Below, in pieces: positions 16,335-31,700 of a stretch of DNA of 64,000 nt (position 1 is its first letter; each line of letters starts with the position of its first letter). The notes beneath the pieces were generated by a model, which made no database searches, was not told the origin of the DNA, and saw only the letters and a list, made by a program, of their open reading frames with translations. The position numbers and the translations under genes were made by a program. Source of the DNA: the human T2T-CHM13v2.0 reference genome, Homo sapiens; NCBI RefSeq assembly GCF_009914755.1, contig NC_060943.1; one strand, given 5' to 3'.

Positions 16335-16619
16335 GCCAGTCCCTCCAGGTGAAGCCCCTGCAGGTGGAGCCCCCGGAGCCGGTGGTGGCCGTGGCCTTGG
16401 GCGCCTCGCGCCAGCTCACCTGCCGCCTGGCCTGCGCGGACCGCGGGGCCTCGGTGCAGTGGCGGGGCCTGGACACCAGCCTGGGCGCGGTGCAGTCGGA
16501 CACGGGCCGCAGCGTCCTCACCGTGCGCAACGCCTCGCTGTCGGCGGCCGGGACCCGCGTGTGCGTGGGCTCCTGCGGGGGCCGCACCTTCCAGCACACC
16601 GTGCAGCTCCTTGTGTACG
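16335..16619 (+). CDS. MADCAM1: MADCAM1 exon 2 (Ig domain 1 with LDTS integrin alpha4beta7-binding motif)
   Basis: CAG acceptor ending 16334; QSLQVKPLQVEPPEP...GLDTSLG...QLLVY; LDTS at 16469-16480; donor GTGAG at 16620; 285 nt. Confidence 0.97.
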
Positions 16620-16997
16620 GTGAGGCGTCCCCCCGCGCCCTGCCTCTCTGACCCTTGGACTCCCGGCTCCTTCCCTATGCCACCTCTTCCTGGAAGCCTC
16701 CCAGATTGCAGGCCGGGTCCCAGCTCCATGCACAGCTCCCCGAAGCCAGGTCCCCGGCCTTCGCTTCCCTCCAACTCACCCCAACTCTCCCAGGGCCGGC
16801 CCTGGCCCATCCTCCTGTCTATTCCAGCCTCCCAGGGTGGGGCCACGGGGCCTGCGCACAGGCCGTCCCTACTGCCTGTTCATCAGCAGCCCCCACGCAT
16901 CCTTGGCCCCAGCTCCAAGCCCCTCCGGGCTCCGGCCCCTCCATCACGTCCAGCCCTGACTCTGGGCTCAGCCCTCACCCCCGACCCTCCATCACAG

Positions 16998-17327
16998 CCT
17001 TCCCGGACCAGCTGACCGTCTCCCCAGCAGCCCTGGTGCCTGGTGACCCGGAGGTGGCCTGTACGGCCCACAAAGTCACGCCCGTGGACCCCAACGCGCT
17101 CTCCTTCTCCCTGCTCGTCGGGGGCCAGGAACTGGAGGGGGCGCAAGCCCTGGGCCCGGAGGTGCAGGAGGAGGAGGAGGAGCCCCAGGGGGACGAGGAC
17201 GTGCTGTTCAGGGTGACAGAGCGCTGGCGGCTGCCGCCCCTGGGGACCCCTGTCCCGCCCGCCCTCTACTGCCAGGCCACGATGAGGCTGCCTGGCTTGG
17301 AGCTCAGCCACCGCCAGGCCATCCCCG
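16998..17327 (+). CDS. MADCAM1: MADCAM1 exon 3 (Ig domain 2 with acidic loop)
   Basis: cacag acceptor; AFPDQLTVSP...EEEEEPQGDED...RQAIP; GTGAGT donor; 330 nt. Confidence 0.97.
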
Positions 17328-17884
17328 GTGAGTCCGCTGGGTGCCCTGGAGACCCACCCGCTCGCCAGCCTTGACAAGCACTTCGGGACGGGGTGGGGGG
17401 GTGGGGGGGCAGCACCTGTGCTGTGGGGCGCTGGGAGGACTGGATTCCCCCACGCAGCGACAGCGACATTCATCGACGCAACATGTATTTGCCGAGCACC
17501 TGCCCCCCAGCACAGGTCCCACCCCTCCCCTGCCCACAGCGCTCCATGGCTCTTGCCTTGGGGTCAAAGCCCAAGTCCTCCCGGGGGCCCACAGGAACCT
17601 GCACGACCTACCCTGTCCCCTTCCTGTCCTCCCTCCACCCTTTCTCCCCCTCCTCATTCTGCTGCAGCCACACGGGCCTCCTCGCCTCCTCGCTGTTCCT
17701 CCAACACACCAGGCGTGATCCTGCCCCGGGGCCTTTGCACGGCTGTGCCCTCTGCCGGGAATACCCTTCTTCCGGATCTTTCCACGGCTCTCTCCTCCTC
17801 CCCCTCAGGTCTCTGTAGAATGTTGCCTCCTCCGTGAGGCTTCCCTGGATTCCCGTTTAAAGGGTCAACCCCTGATCCCCAACG

Positions 17885-18072
17885 TGTACAAACATAGGCA
17901 CACAAGCACACACATGTACAAACACAGACACACACACGCGTGCACACAGGCACACACGCACACGCGTGTACAAACAGGCACACAAGCACACACGGGAACA
18001 AACGCACACACCCACACGCGTGTACAAACACAGGCACACAGGCACACGCGTGTACAAACACGCACACGCGTG
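17885..18072. repeat. CA-rich alternating purine-pyrimidine tract
   Basis: CACACGCGTGTACAAACA variants. Confidence 0.8.
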
Positions 18073-18957
18073 TGAGCCCCCTTTCCCTTCTGTTTCGTTT
18101 CTTGACACCTTGGATAACATCTGACATCCCCCAGTCCCGTACATTCTCTTTTCCATGACCTTCTCCCACTGTGGCTCCCCAGGTGGGAATCTTGTGTCGC
18201 GCACGGCTGTGTCCACAGAAGCTAGAACAGGGCCTGGGGCATAGCAGGTGCTCAATAAACCCTTGCTGAATGCTCGGATGAAGACATTTAATGTGGGCCG
18301 GTGCCCTGGCGGTGCTCCCTTCACGCTCTGTCCAATCCCGAAGCCCCTGCCGGCTTCTCCCACTAAAGAAAAAGGGATTTGTCCTCCCATGGGGCACCCT
18401 GATACCCATGTTAATGGACGTGAGGTCGTGAGTTTCAAGCAAAGGGCTCCCGGGGATAAAGCAGAAGCTGGGAGACCCGAGAGGTCTTTGTGGTGGGGGT
18501 GGGGCTGGGGTGGGCAGAGAGGAGGCTGGATTTGAGGGATATTTTACAGAACACGGGCCCTCACGGGCCTCAGTCTCCCCATCAGTCCCACAGGGGATGG
18601 AGCAGAAGGCCAGGGCAGAAAGCCCCCAAGCACCTTCTCTCTCCACGCCAGCCTCCTCCCAACTCTCCTCGTCCACAGCCCATCATAATAAACGCGGGAC
18701 CCACTCGCTCTCAGGGCAGCCCAAAGAGGTGACTCTCACCCCTTTGACAGTTGAGGAAACTGAGGCACGTGGAGATTAAGGAGGCTGCTGGGGTGATGTT
18801 GCCAGTGAGTGGGGGACCTGGAATGCCCGGACTCCCATCCTGCCCACTGTGGTGCCTCAGCTTCCTCATCTGTCCAGTGGACTTCCCTGACTGTGGGTCC
18901 TTTGTAAATTTCAGGGACCATGTGGATTTCAAAGCACTTTATAAATTATAGGCTTTA

Positions 18958-20034
<1,077 letters not shown>

Positions 20035-20166
20035 TCACCAGAGTGGTCCAGGGAAGGGGCTTGGAGGGGTTCTGGTCTAAGCCCTTCATCCAGATGCGGA
20101 GATTGAGGCAGGAGAGGCAAGCCTGGGGCAGCAGAGAGGAAAAAAAAACCCTCACTCTGTTTCCAG

Positions 20167-20499
20167 TCCTGCACAGCCCGACCTCCCCGGAGCCTCCCGA
20201 CACCACCTCCCCGGAGCCTCCCAACACCACCTCCCCGGAGTCTCCCGACACCACCTCCCCGGAGTCTCCCGACACCACCTCCCAGGAGCCTCCCGACACC
20301 ACCTCCCAGGAGCCTCCCGACACCACCTCCCAGGAGCCTCCCGACACCACCTCCCCGGAGCCTCCCGACAAGACCTCCCCGGAGCCCGCCCCCCAGCAGG
20401 GCTCCACACACACCCCCAGGAGCCCAGGCTCCACCAGGACTCGCCGCCCTGAGATCTCCCAGGCTGGGCCCACGCAGGGAGAAGTGATCCCAACAGGCT
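20167..20499 (+). CDS. MADCAM1: MADCAM1 exon 4 (mucin domain, 24-bp coding VNTR)
   Basis: ttccag acceptor; VLHSPT(SPEPPDTT-type)x8...VIPTG; GTGAGT donor; 333 nt, phase 1-1. Confidence 0.97.
20184..20375 (+). repeat. MADCAM1 coding VNTR, 8 x 24 bp
   Basis: TCCCCGGAGCCTCCCGACACCACC variants. Confidence 0.95.
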
Positions 20500-20589
20500 G
20501 TGAGTTCTGGTCCCTGGGGGCAGGGAGGGTGGGAAGGGCTGAGAGCGAGAGGTTCCTTGGATGAAGACTTTAGACAAGAAATTGCCCTG

Positions 20590-20730
20590 CCCAGCCTTGG
20601 TTTCCCCGTCTGCCCAGCCTCAGTTTCCCCGTCTGCCCAGCCTCGGTTTCCCCATCTGCCCAGCCTCGGTTTCCCCGTCTTTCCAGCCTCGGTTTCCCCA
20701 TCTGCCCAGCCTCAGTTTCCTTGTCTGTCC
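20590..20730. repeat. 23-bp tandem repeat x6, MIR-core-like
   Basis: CCCAGCCTCGGTTTCCCCATCTG. Confidence 0.85.
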
Positions 20731-20873
20731 AGTGGGCTTCTCTTAACTGTGGGTCCTTTTTGTAAACATCAGGGACTGTGTAGATGTCAAGGCACTTGGT
20801 AAATTCTAAGCCTTGTAGACTAGAAGAATCTTTGGAATAGAAGCAGAAACAATGCGGCCACATAGGTAATTTC

Positions 20874-23129
<2,256 letters not shown>

Positions 23130-23316
23130 TGGACTGCCCATTTCTAAACTCTAAGGTGCTATGCGCATTTCAAAAGGGTCATGGTAAAGTCCTTTGTGAA
23201 ATTTCAGGGAACGTGGTAACTTTGGAAGCACGTGTAGCCTCTGAGGGGCTCCTCCCTTCCCAAGCCTGCAGAGGCCTGGAGGGCTCTGACCGGGGTCTCC
23301 TGCACTCTCTCCCCAG

Positions 23317-23537
23317 CGTCCAAACCTGCGGGTGACCAGCTGCCCGCGGCTCTGTGGACCAGCAGTGCGGTGCTGGGACTGCTGCTCCTGGCCTTGCCCA
23401 CCTATCACCTCTGGAAACGCTGCCGGCACCTGGCTGAGGACGACACCCACCCACCAGCTTCTCTGAGGCTTCTGCCCCAGGTGTCGGCCTGGGCTGGGTT
23501 AAGGGGGACCGGCCAGGTCGGGATCAGCCCCTCCTGA
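23317..23537 (+). CDS. MADCAM1: MADCAM1 exon 5 (transmembrane and cytoplasmic tail)
   Basis: ccccag acceptor; SSKPAGDQLPAALWTSSAVLGLLLLALPTYHLWKRCR...GISPS, TGA at 23535-23537; exons total 1221 nt = 406 aa. Confidence 0.97.
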
Positions 23538-23555
23538 GTGGCCAGCCTTTCCCCC

Positions 23556-23942
23556 TGTGAAAGCAAAATAGCTTGGACCCCTTCAAGTTGAGAACTGGTC
23601 AGGGCAAACCTGCCTCCCATTCTACTCAAAGTCATCCCTCTGTTCACAGAGATGGATGCATGTTCTGATTGCCTCTTTGGAGAAGCTCATCAGAAACTCA
23701 AAAGAAGGCCACTGTTTGTCTCACCTACCCATGACCTGAAGCCCCTCCCTGAGTGGTCCCCACCTTTCTGGACGGAACCACGTACTTTTTACATACATTG
23801 ATTCATGTCTCACGTCTCCCTAAAAATGCGTAAGACCAAGCTGTGCCCTGACCACCCTGGGCCCCTGTCGTCAGGACCTCCTGAGGCTTTGGCAAATAAA
23901 CCTCCTAAAATGATACAAACGTGTCAGTTTTCTCAGTTGACA
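23556..23942 (+). mobile_element. Solo LTR, MER4A-like (ERV1), forming the MADCAM1 3'UTR
   Basis: TGTGAAAG...TTGACA; motifs GGGCAAACCTGCCTCCCATTCTA and TCGTCAGGACCTCCTGAGGCT recalled as typical of MER4. Confidence 0.75.
23895..23900 (+). terminator. MADCAM1 polyadenylation signal (inside an LTR)
   Basis: First AATAAA after the stop codon. Confidence 0.8.
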
Positions 23943-24056
23943 CCCACTCCGTGGAGAGGAGAGGTCTGAGGGCTCCGGACAGCAGAGGGTTGACTGTGGG
24001 TCCTGCCCTGATGGCTCCATCTCCCTCATCCCACAGTCCGGGGCTGGAGAAGAAAG

Positions 24057-25010
24057 TGTTAGAAATGCTTGTTCCCCGGTGCCGTAAAGAAATAGCACTT
24101 GAATATAAATGTCATTTCCTCAGCAAGGCCACTGTTTTACTTTCTGCAGAAAGGGTACACTGGCCAGCAGTTTTGCCACGAGAGTATCCAGAACAAAGGA
24201 GACAGGGTCATTTATAACCTGACGCGTCCACCCTACTGCTCTGTCCGGTTTCCATTGGCTGGAACGGGACGGTTTCCATTGGCTGGAACGGGACCTCACA
24301 TTCTGTATTTATCCCGATCGGCTAGCAGCTTGGAACTTTTAAAAAGAGGCAAAGGCAGAGGAGAACAAAGGAAGGAAGAAGTAGCTTGTGGAATGCTAAG
24401 AAAGGTAAAAACACCTTCAAATAAGGAAGAGGAACAGGTTATGACCTAATGCTTGCTTGGACCAGTATAAGCATGCCAGGGCAGATATTTAGCCTACATT
24501 GTGGGCACTAAGAACATAAAGTATGTTGATTTCCTTATTACATTATATATATTCAATATAACATTAACAATTAATTAACAAAGAATGTTAGCACAGGTCT
24601 TTTGTTTGTTTGTTTTTTGAGACAGAGTCTCGCTCTGTCGCCCAGGCTGGAGTGCAGTGGCGCGATCTCGGCTCACTTGCAAGCTCCGCCTCCCGGGTTC
24701 ACGCCATTCTCCTGCCTCAGCCTCCCGAGTAGCTGGGACTACAGGCGCCCGCCACCACGCCTGGCTAATTTTTTGTATTTTTAGTAGAGACGGGGTTTCA
24801 CCGTGTTAGCCGGGATGGTCTCGATCTCCTGACCTCGTGATCCGCCCGCCTCGGCCTCCCAAAGTGCTGGGATGACAGGCGTGAGCCACCGCGCCCGGCC
24901 TACCACAGGCCTTTGAATACATTTTGCTTCTAAGAGAAGTTACTATTTATTCCTAATTAGATGGGGAGGAAAGTCTCATTTGAAGAGGAACCTCTACTTC
25001 ACGTTTTACA
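24057..25010 (-). mobile_element. Solo LTR, LTR10-like, interrupted by AluY (~24600-24900)
   Basis: Shares the TGTTAGAAATGCTTG end with the LTR at 21183; CCAAT and TATA on the minus strand. Confidence 0.75.
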
Positions 25011-25679
25011 AAGGGCATTTGGTCTGCCCGCCAGAGATTCCTGTGCTGGGAGGATGGTGGAACGGTCCCCCGGCAAACAGCTCTCATTGCCCCCTGCCCG
25101 GGGCAACGCCCCTGAGGGACGGGGACGGCACCCAGCAAGCTCTGCCCGGGGCGGGGAAACGCGAGGGCTTAGTGGTTTCCTCGGTGAGAAGCTTAACCAG
25201 GAGTCCCCGAAAGCAGTGAGGGAAGATCCACAGAGGTCGCCTGGGGAAACACACCCAGAGGCGGCTTATGGAGGAGACTGCTTGTGTTTTGAGGTGGCTG
25301 CGGGCTGCGGAGGGTTGGGAGGGCCGGGAGGGCGGCCGGAAGCGAGGTCAGGCGATGAAGGCCTGGAGGTGCCAGCCCGGGGGCCCTGGAGAGCCATGGC
25401 AGAGTTTACAGCTCTGGAGGCTGCGGTGTCAGAAAGCTCCCTCTGGCGGTCAGGGGGTAACAGCGCGGGATGCTCGCCCGTGTGGCCGCCAATAGGGGCT
25501 CAGCGCAGCTGCAGCGGAGCTGGGGAGGGGGCTTCTCCCACGAGGTGAGCTACGCACTCAGACGTTGACTGAGTTAGGCGGAAGGCCAGGCTGAGCTCGA
25601 CCCCCAGCACCAAGGCTCAGAGATGAACATGAGAAAAGGGTCTGGGGGCCGGGCGCGGGGCTGGGTCCAGCAGTCCTGG

Positions 25680-26640
25680 GCAGGTCCAGCCCCGCGCATG
25701 CTCCGTCAGGCTTCTCTGCTAACCAGGGAGACTGGTTGCTAGGAGACCATGCTAATGAAGGACTCGCTCACTACCCAAATGGCAAGCAATCCGGCTTTGT
25801 GCCAGAAACGAAGCACTTCCGAGGCAGCCATTTTGGAGTCTGGCAAAATTCAGGACCGAGGCCAAAGCCAGGAGAGCCAATCAATATACACAAAGAGGGA
25901 GGAGAAGAGAGAGTGCCAATAAGGACACAAGGAAAGTGGTAGCGTACCCTTGTCACTTCCCAAAGTCTCCCAGCGGGATACCGGTGCCCTCTGCCCTTAA
26001 TCAAGATGGCCGCCTTGGGGGGGCTCTAGCGCACAGTGGAATATGGCGGTGCTTCCGGTCCCGCTGCCCTCAGCGAAGATGGCGGCAGTGGAGAAGCGGC
26101 GGCAAGCGGTACCACCGCCGGCCGGTTTCACGGACAGCGGCCGCCAGTCGGTATCCCGGGCGGCGGGGGCGGCCGAGAGCGAGGAGGACTTCCTGCGGCA
26201 GGTCGGCGTGACGGAAATGCTACGTGCGGCCCTGCTGAAGGTGCTGGAGGCGCGGCCCGAGGAGCCGATCGCCTTCCTGGCTCACTACTTCGAGAACATG
26301 GGCCTGCGCTCGCCTGTAAACGGCGGCGCCGGGGAGCCCCCGGGCCAGCTCCTGCTGCAGCAGCAGCGCCTGGGCCGCGCGCTATGGCACCTTCGCCTGG
26401 CCCACCACTCCCAGAGGTGCGCAGTGGGCCGGCTTGGGCGGGTGGGGCAGCGATGGACTTCAACTCCCAGCATGCCGCGCGCGGCTCCCTACCCGCAGCG
26501 CCGGCGCAGGGGCCCGGGGCTTGCTGGGAGTTGTAGTGCGCGATGCCTTCTTGGGTGGGATGGATCGGACAAGGTGGGCTGGAGGGTCCGGGCTTCGGTC
26601 CGGCGCTAGGCAGCGCGCTGCATGCGGCGCGAGTCCTTCT
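25680..26640. promoter_or_regulatory. TPGS1 CpG-island promoter
   Basis: CpG dense; YY1-type CAAGATGGCCGCC 26002-26014; CCAAT at 25877 and 25916; X-box-like GTTGCTAGGAGAC 25735-25747; ZNF143-type motifs 26457-26476 and 26518-26537. Confidence 0.8.
26079..26416 (+). CDS. TPGS1: TPGS1 exon 1 (tubulin polyglutamylase complex subunit 1)
   Basis: ATG at 26079; [16 protein letters not shown]...[13 protein letters not shown]...HHSQR; donor AG|GTGCGC; 338 nt. Confidence 0.95.
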
Positions 26641-27984
26641 GGCCGGCTTCGCCTTCTGTGATGCCTTTTTGCAGGTGCTGAGTTTCCCCTTGCAGTTCAT
26701 GATTTTCAAAATCGTGCAGCTCAAGAGGACTTGGCCCGAGGTCGCAGAGCCAGCCCCCGAGCCAGGTCCTCCTAGTCGCCTCCTTAGCAGCCTCATGTTA
26801 TCCCCGTCCATTCAGCCAGAACGTGAATATTTACAGAGAGCAGCGCAGTCACCCAGGGCCCCCATCTTAGGGGACAGGCTCCCAGCGGGCAGGTGGGGAT
26901 TCCTGGAAGAGCCTGGCGATGTGCGGGCGGGTTGCAGGGAAGAGGCCCAGCAGGTGCAAATTTAGACCCCGAGTGTGGGGCACACGGGAGGCGGGAAAGC
27001 CACGGAATTTGGCTGAAGCATGCGAGGCTGCAGGTGCCTACGCGCGGTGTCCCCTGGCTGGGGCCAGTTCTGAGCCCAGGGAAGGTGGTTGGGGACTATC
27101 TGTTGGCGTTGGGGATGGATGGGCTGATGTCTTTTGTTGGGGGGGGGGTCCCCAGAAGCGGAGCCTGAGGTAGGCATTGTGTGTGCAGGTGATTTTACAA
27201 GGGGGTGCGCCCAAGAGAACCCAGGAAGGGGGTGGGAAGAGCAGGCAGGGAAGGATGCCAAGCAAAGGTGCCCTTTCAGCCTCATAACCAGGGCATAAGC
27301 GCCCACCATGGCAGCCCTCGCCAGAGTCCCAGAGAAGTTCGGGGGGAGAAGAGAGATGGGGAGTGTCCCCCCTACCACGTTCAGGGTGCACAGGTGTCCA
27401 AGATCATACTCAGATAAGGGTGGCAGGGTGTTGGGTACCTGGACAAGGAGCAGACTTGCTCCGGTGGCCCAGTGGCTCTGAAGGCCCCGCCCGATGATTT
27501 GCTGGAGCCAGGTGGGAGGGGAGCGGGCAAGGGCAGGCCCAGAGGGTCAGTGGAGCCGTTTACTGCGATGGAAGGCCCCTGGTTTGAAGAAGCTGCCAGA
27601 GCCACTTGCGGATTAAGTTGGAGGCTGGGAGGAGCCTGGAGACAGGAAGGTAGAAAGAAGCGTCTGCAACTGACGTGGGGCCAGGACAGAAGACTGAACT
27701 GGAGGGGTCCTGAAGTCTTCAGGAGAGATGAGAAGAGCTCAGGACCCCACTCTGAGGGCACCTAGCCCAGAGAGCCCACCAGAGAGGGTGAGAACGTGAG
27801 ACCAGAGGTGAACGGGGAGCAGGAGGAAGATGGCCTCCCAGGACATCCGGAAGAGAATCTCCCAAGGAGGAAAAGGGGTCAACAGCAGGCCCACCACGTA
27901 TGGTTGTTCAGGTTGAGCACTGCACAAGCCACTCACCCCGTAGACACTGCAGATGAGGATATTTATATTTATATTAATTTCCGA

Positions 27985-28340
27985 GGGCTGCTGGAACAAA
28001 TTACCTCCAACTTAGTGGCTTAAAACAACAGAAATTTATTCTCTCACAGTTCTGGAGGGCAGAAGTCTGAAATCGGAGTGTCAGGAGGACCACACTCCCT
28101 CTGGAGGCTCCAGGGAAGGAGCCTTCCTTGCCTCCCCAGCCTCCAGTGGCGGCCAGCAGTCTTTGGCTTGTGGCCACATTGCTGCAGTCTCTGCCTCCGT
28201 CGTCACGTGGCCTCCTGTGTGTCTCTGTTCTGTGTTCCCTCATAAGGACACCACTAGGCCCCACCCTACTCCAGTGTGACCTCAACCGCCTACATCTGCA
28301 AAGCTGCTGTCTCAAATAAGCTCTCAGTCTGAGGTTCTGG
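27985..28340 (-). mobile_element. MLT1-like MaLR LTR
   Basis: GTGGCTTAAAACAACAGAAATTTATTCTCTCACAGTTCTGGAGG hallmark. Confidence 0.75.
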
Positions 28341-28663
28341 ATGGGCGTGAGTTTGGTGGGCACCAGTCACCCCAGGACAGGAGTGGAGCCATTGGCTGGA
28401 AGAGTTCTCATAGCAGGGACTCAGGGCAAGGGTGGTGCTGGTGGCAGATGCATCCCGGCCCTGGGCTCGCCTGGGCTCCCCAGAGACACAGCCAGTGGGG
28501 AATGCAGAAGACAGGTGCACAGACCTGCGTGGCATCTGATTCTGTGCTCATGGAGCCAGGCCTGCTCCCGTCCTCCCAGCAGGCAGCTCCGGCCGCCCCT
28601 CCATCCTTGGACCGTCAGGAACCCCTGAGGTCACCTGACCAGTCAGGAAGAGAAGCCCAGAGC

Positions 28664-29214
<551 letters not shown>

Positions 29215-29399
29215 TTACATGACTTGCTGAAGGCCACACGGCCACCGAGGGCAGAGCTGGGGTCAGAGAGCCCCAGAGTGCAGCCCCGGAGGCCTCCTCA
29301 GCCACCACGTTGCTCATCCTGGCAGCAAGGGCTGCACTGCCCCCTGCAGGTCACTGCCAGGAAAACGTGCACGAAAACGAAGCCCCAGCTGATCTGGGC

Positions 29400-29580
29400 C
29401 AGGGTTCCCCCGACTCGTCCTCTGGGGGCCGTCCTGGGTACTGCAGGGCCCTGAGCAGCGTCCCTGGCCTCCACCCACTCCTTGCCAGGAGCTCCCCGAG
29501 TCGTGACAACCACAGATGTCCCAGACACCGCCCGGCGTCTGCTGGGGGCAGGAGTGGGAAGCAGAAGTCTAAGGTGTAGG
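29400..29580 (-). mobile_element. MER20 copy, GC-rich variant
   Basis: AGTCGTGACAACCACAGATGTCCCAGACA. Confidence 0.65.
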
Positions 29581-30320
29581 GTGGCTCCTGTCTCTTTCTG
29601 GAGACGTTCCATAAATAGAATCTTTCCTGTATTAACAAATGCTCACACGCCTTACAAACCGCTCTGTGTAGGAGCCGACACAGACGGAGCCCTGGCTGGG
29701 CTCCCGCTTTCCATTTTGCAATCAGGGAAACCAAGGCCCAGAGGCCACCGTCACAGGCAGAGCTGACGTTCCAGCCCCGGCCTCCTCCTCCGAGCCCAGA
29801 GCTTGCTGCCTTCCTCTTCCTCCTCCTCCCTCACCCGATGATTCTGCTGGGAGCCGCCCGGGAGCCCAGGAGGGGCGGGTATGCGGCCGCCTTGAAGTGG
29901 GCTGTCACCTTCCTGTCTCCTGCCGTCATCATGGCTGTGATCTCACCAGGCTGTAATTACCTCTTTGTGTGTCTTCCTGCCCCTCAAGGCAGCTGTGGCT
30001 GAGCTGCAGCCCTAATTACAGCCCAAAATAAGCAGGTGGGGCCTCCCACACGTATGCCAGCTGCTGTCCTGAGCACCTGGCTCCAGCCCCGTTCTCCCGT
30101 CCTCACAAGAACCCCCACTCCGTAGATGCACAAGGCCAGGTGCAGAAAAGGAGAGTGCACACAGCTGGGAGGGGCAGACGAACACCCGAGGCAGGCCTGG
30201 GCCAGGCACAGAGCCCTGCACACCGAGGGGCCGCGTGGATGCTTGCGGAGCTGGACCAGGGCTGCCGCCCCCAGAGAGGAGAGCATTTATGCAGAAGTGG
30301 TGGTGGATGGCGCTGGGTAA

Positions 30321-31030
<710 letters not shown>

Positions 31031-31257
31031 CCACCCACCCCCCACCAAGGGCTTGTCTGATCTTGACACGCACCTGCAATCATGACCACAGAGAAGTGGA
31101 CTGAGAAGTAGCACGATGGCTCTTAACATTCCCGCTGAAAGTGGGCCACGCCCCCTCGCACGTTTCAGGGGGCAAAGCAAGGCCCAGAGGCTCACCCTCG
31201 GCGGGGTGGAGAAGTGGCGGGTGGAGAAGTGGCGGAGGGATCCGCGGAGCAGCGCTG

Positions 31258-31700
31258 CCGTCGCCAGCCTTCGAGATGCCCCTGCAAGCCTCGGCTCCCG
31301 GGGTTCACGGCCTGGTGCCGTCCCTTCCCCCTGCACAGCCGGAACGGGACTGCAGAAGCAACGGACAGAGTGTGGCCTCCGAGGCGGGTCACGAAGGACA
31401 TCGTGGTGTCCCCCTCCCTCCTGGGTGGGTTGCTGGCTCGGCTGGGCAGCCGCCATGCGGTGGGGTCGCTCGCGCAGCTCCCAGGGAGCACCTGCAGCCG
31501 CTGCCAAGAGCCGCGCGGGTTCCCCTGCGGGGGACTGGGCCGCCTCGCGTCGAGCCCCGGGGGAGTGTGGCCACGGCAACCTCCTAAGAGACCCCAAGCC
31601 AGAGCCTCGCAGCAAAGCCGCCGCCGAGACGCTGTGTCAATAGTAAATGCTTGTTGGTTTTGGGCCTCTAGGTTTGGGGTGTGATCTGTGAGGCGGCAGC
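31258..31700 (+). mobile_element. MLT1(F)-like MaLR LTR, unusually CpG-rich
   Basis: Colinear with recalled MLT1 motifs (CTCCGAGGC..GGTCAC, GAGACCCCAAGCCAGA, AGTAAATGCTTGTTGGTTTTGGGCCTCTAGGTTTGGGG). Confidence 0.6.

Noticed and set aside
26417-26609. Read-through extension of the TPGS1 exon 1 ORF (similarly CDC34 51510-51773)
   Set aside because: Intronic continuation past canonical donors; the spliced CDS lengths already give complete proteins.
31214-31684. 156-aa ORF with high GC at third positions
   Set aside because: Colinear with an MLT1-like LTR; composition explains the open frame.
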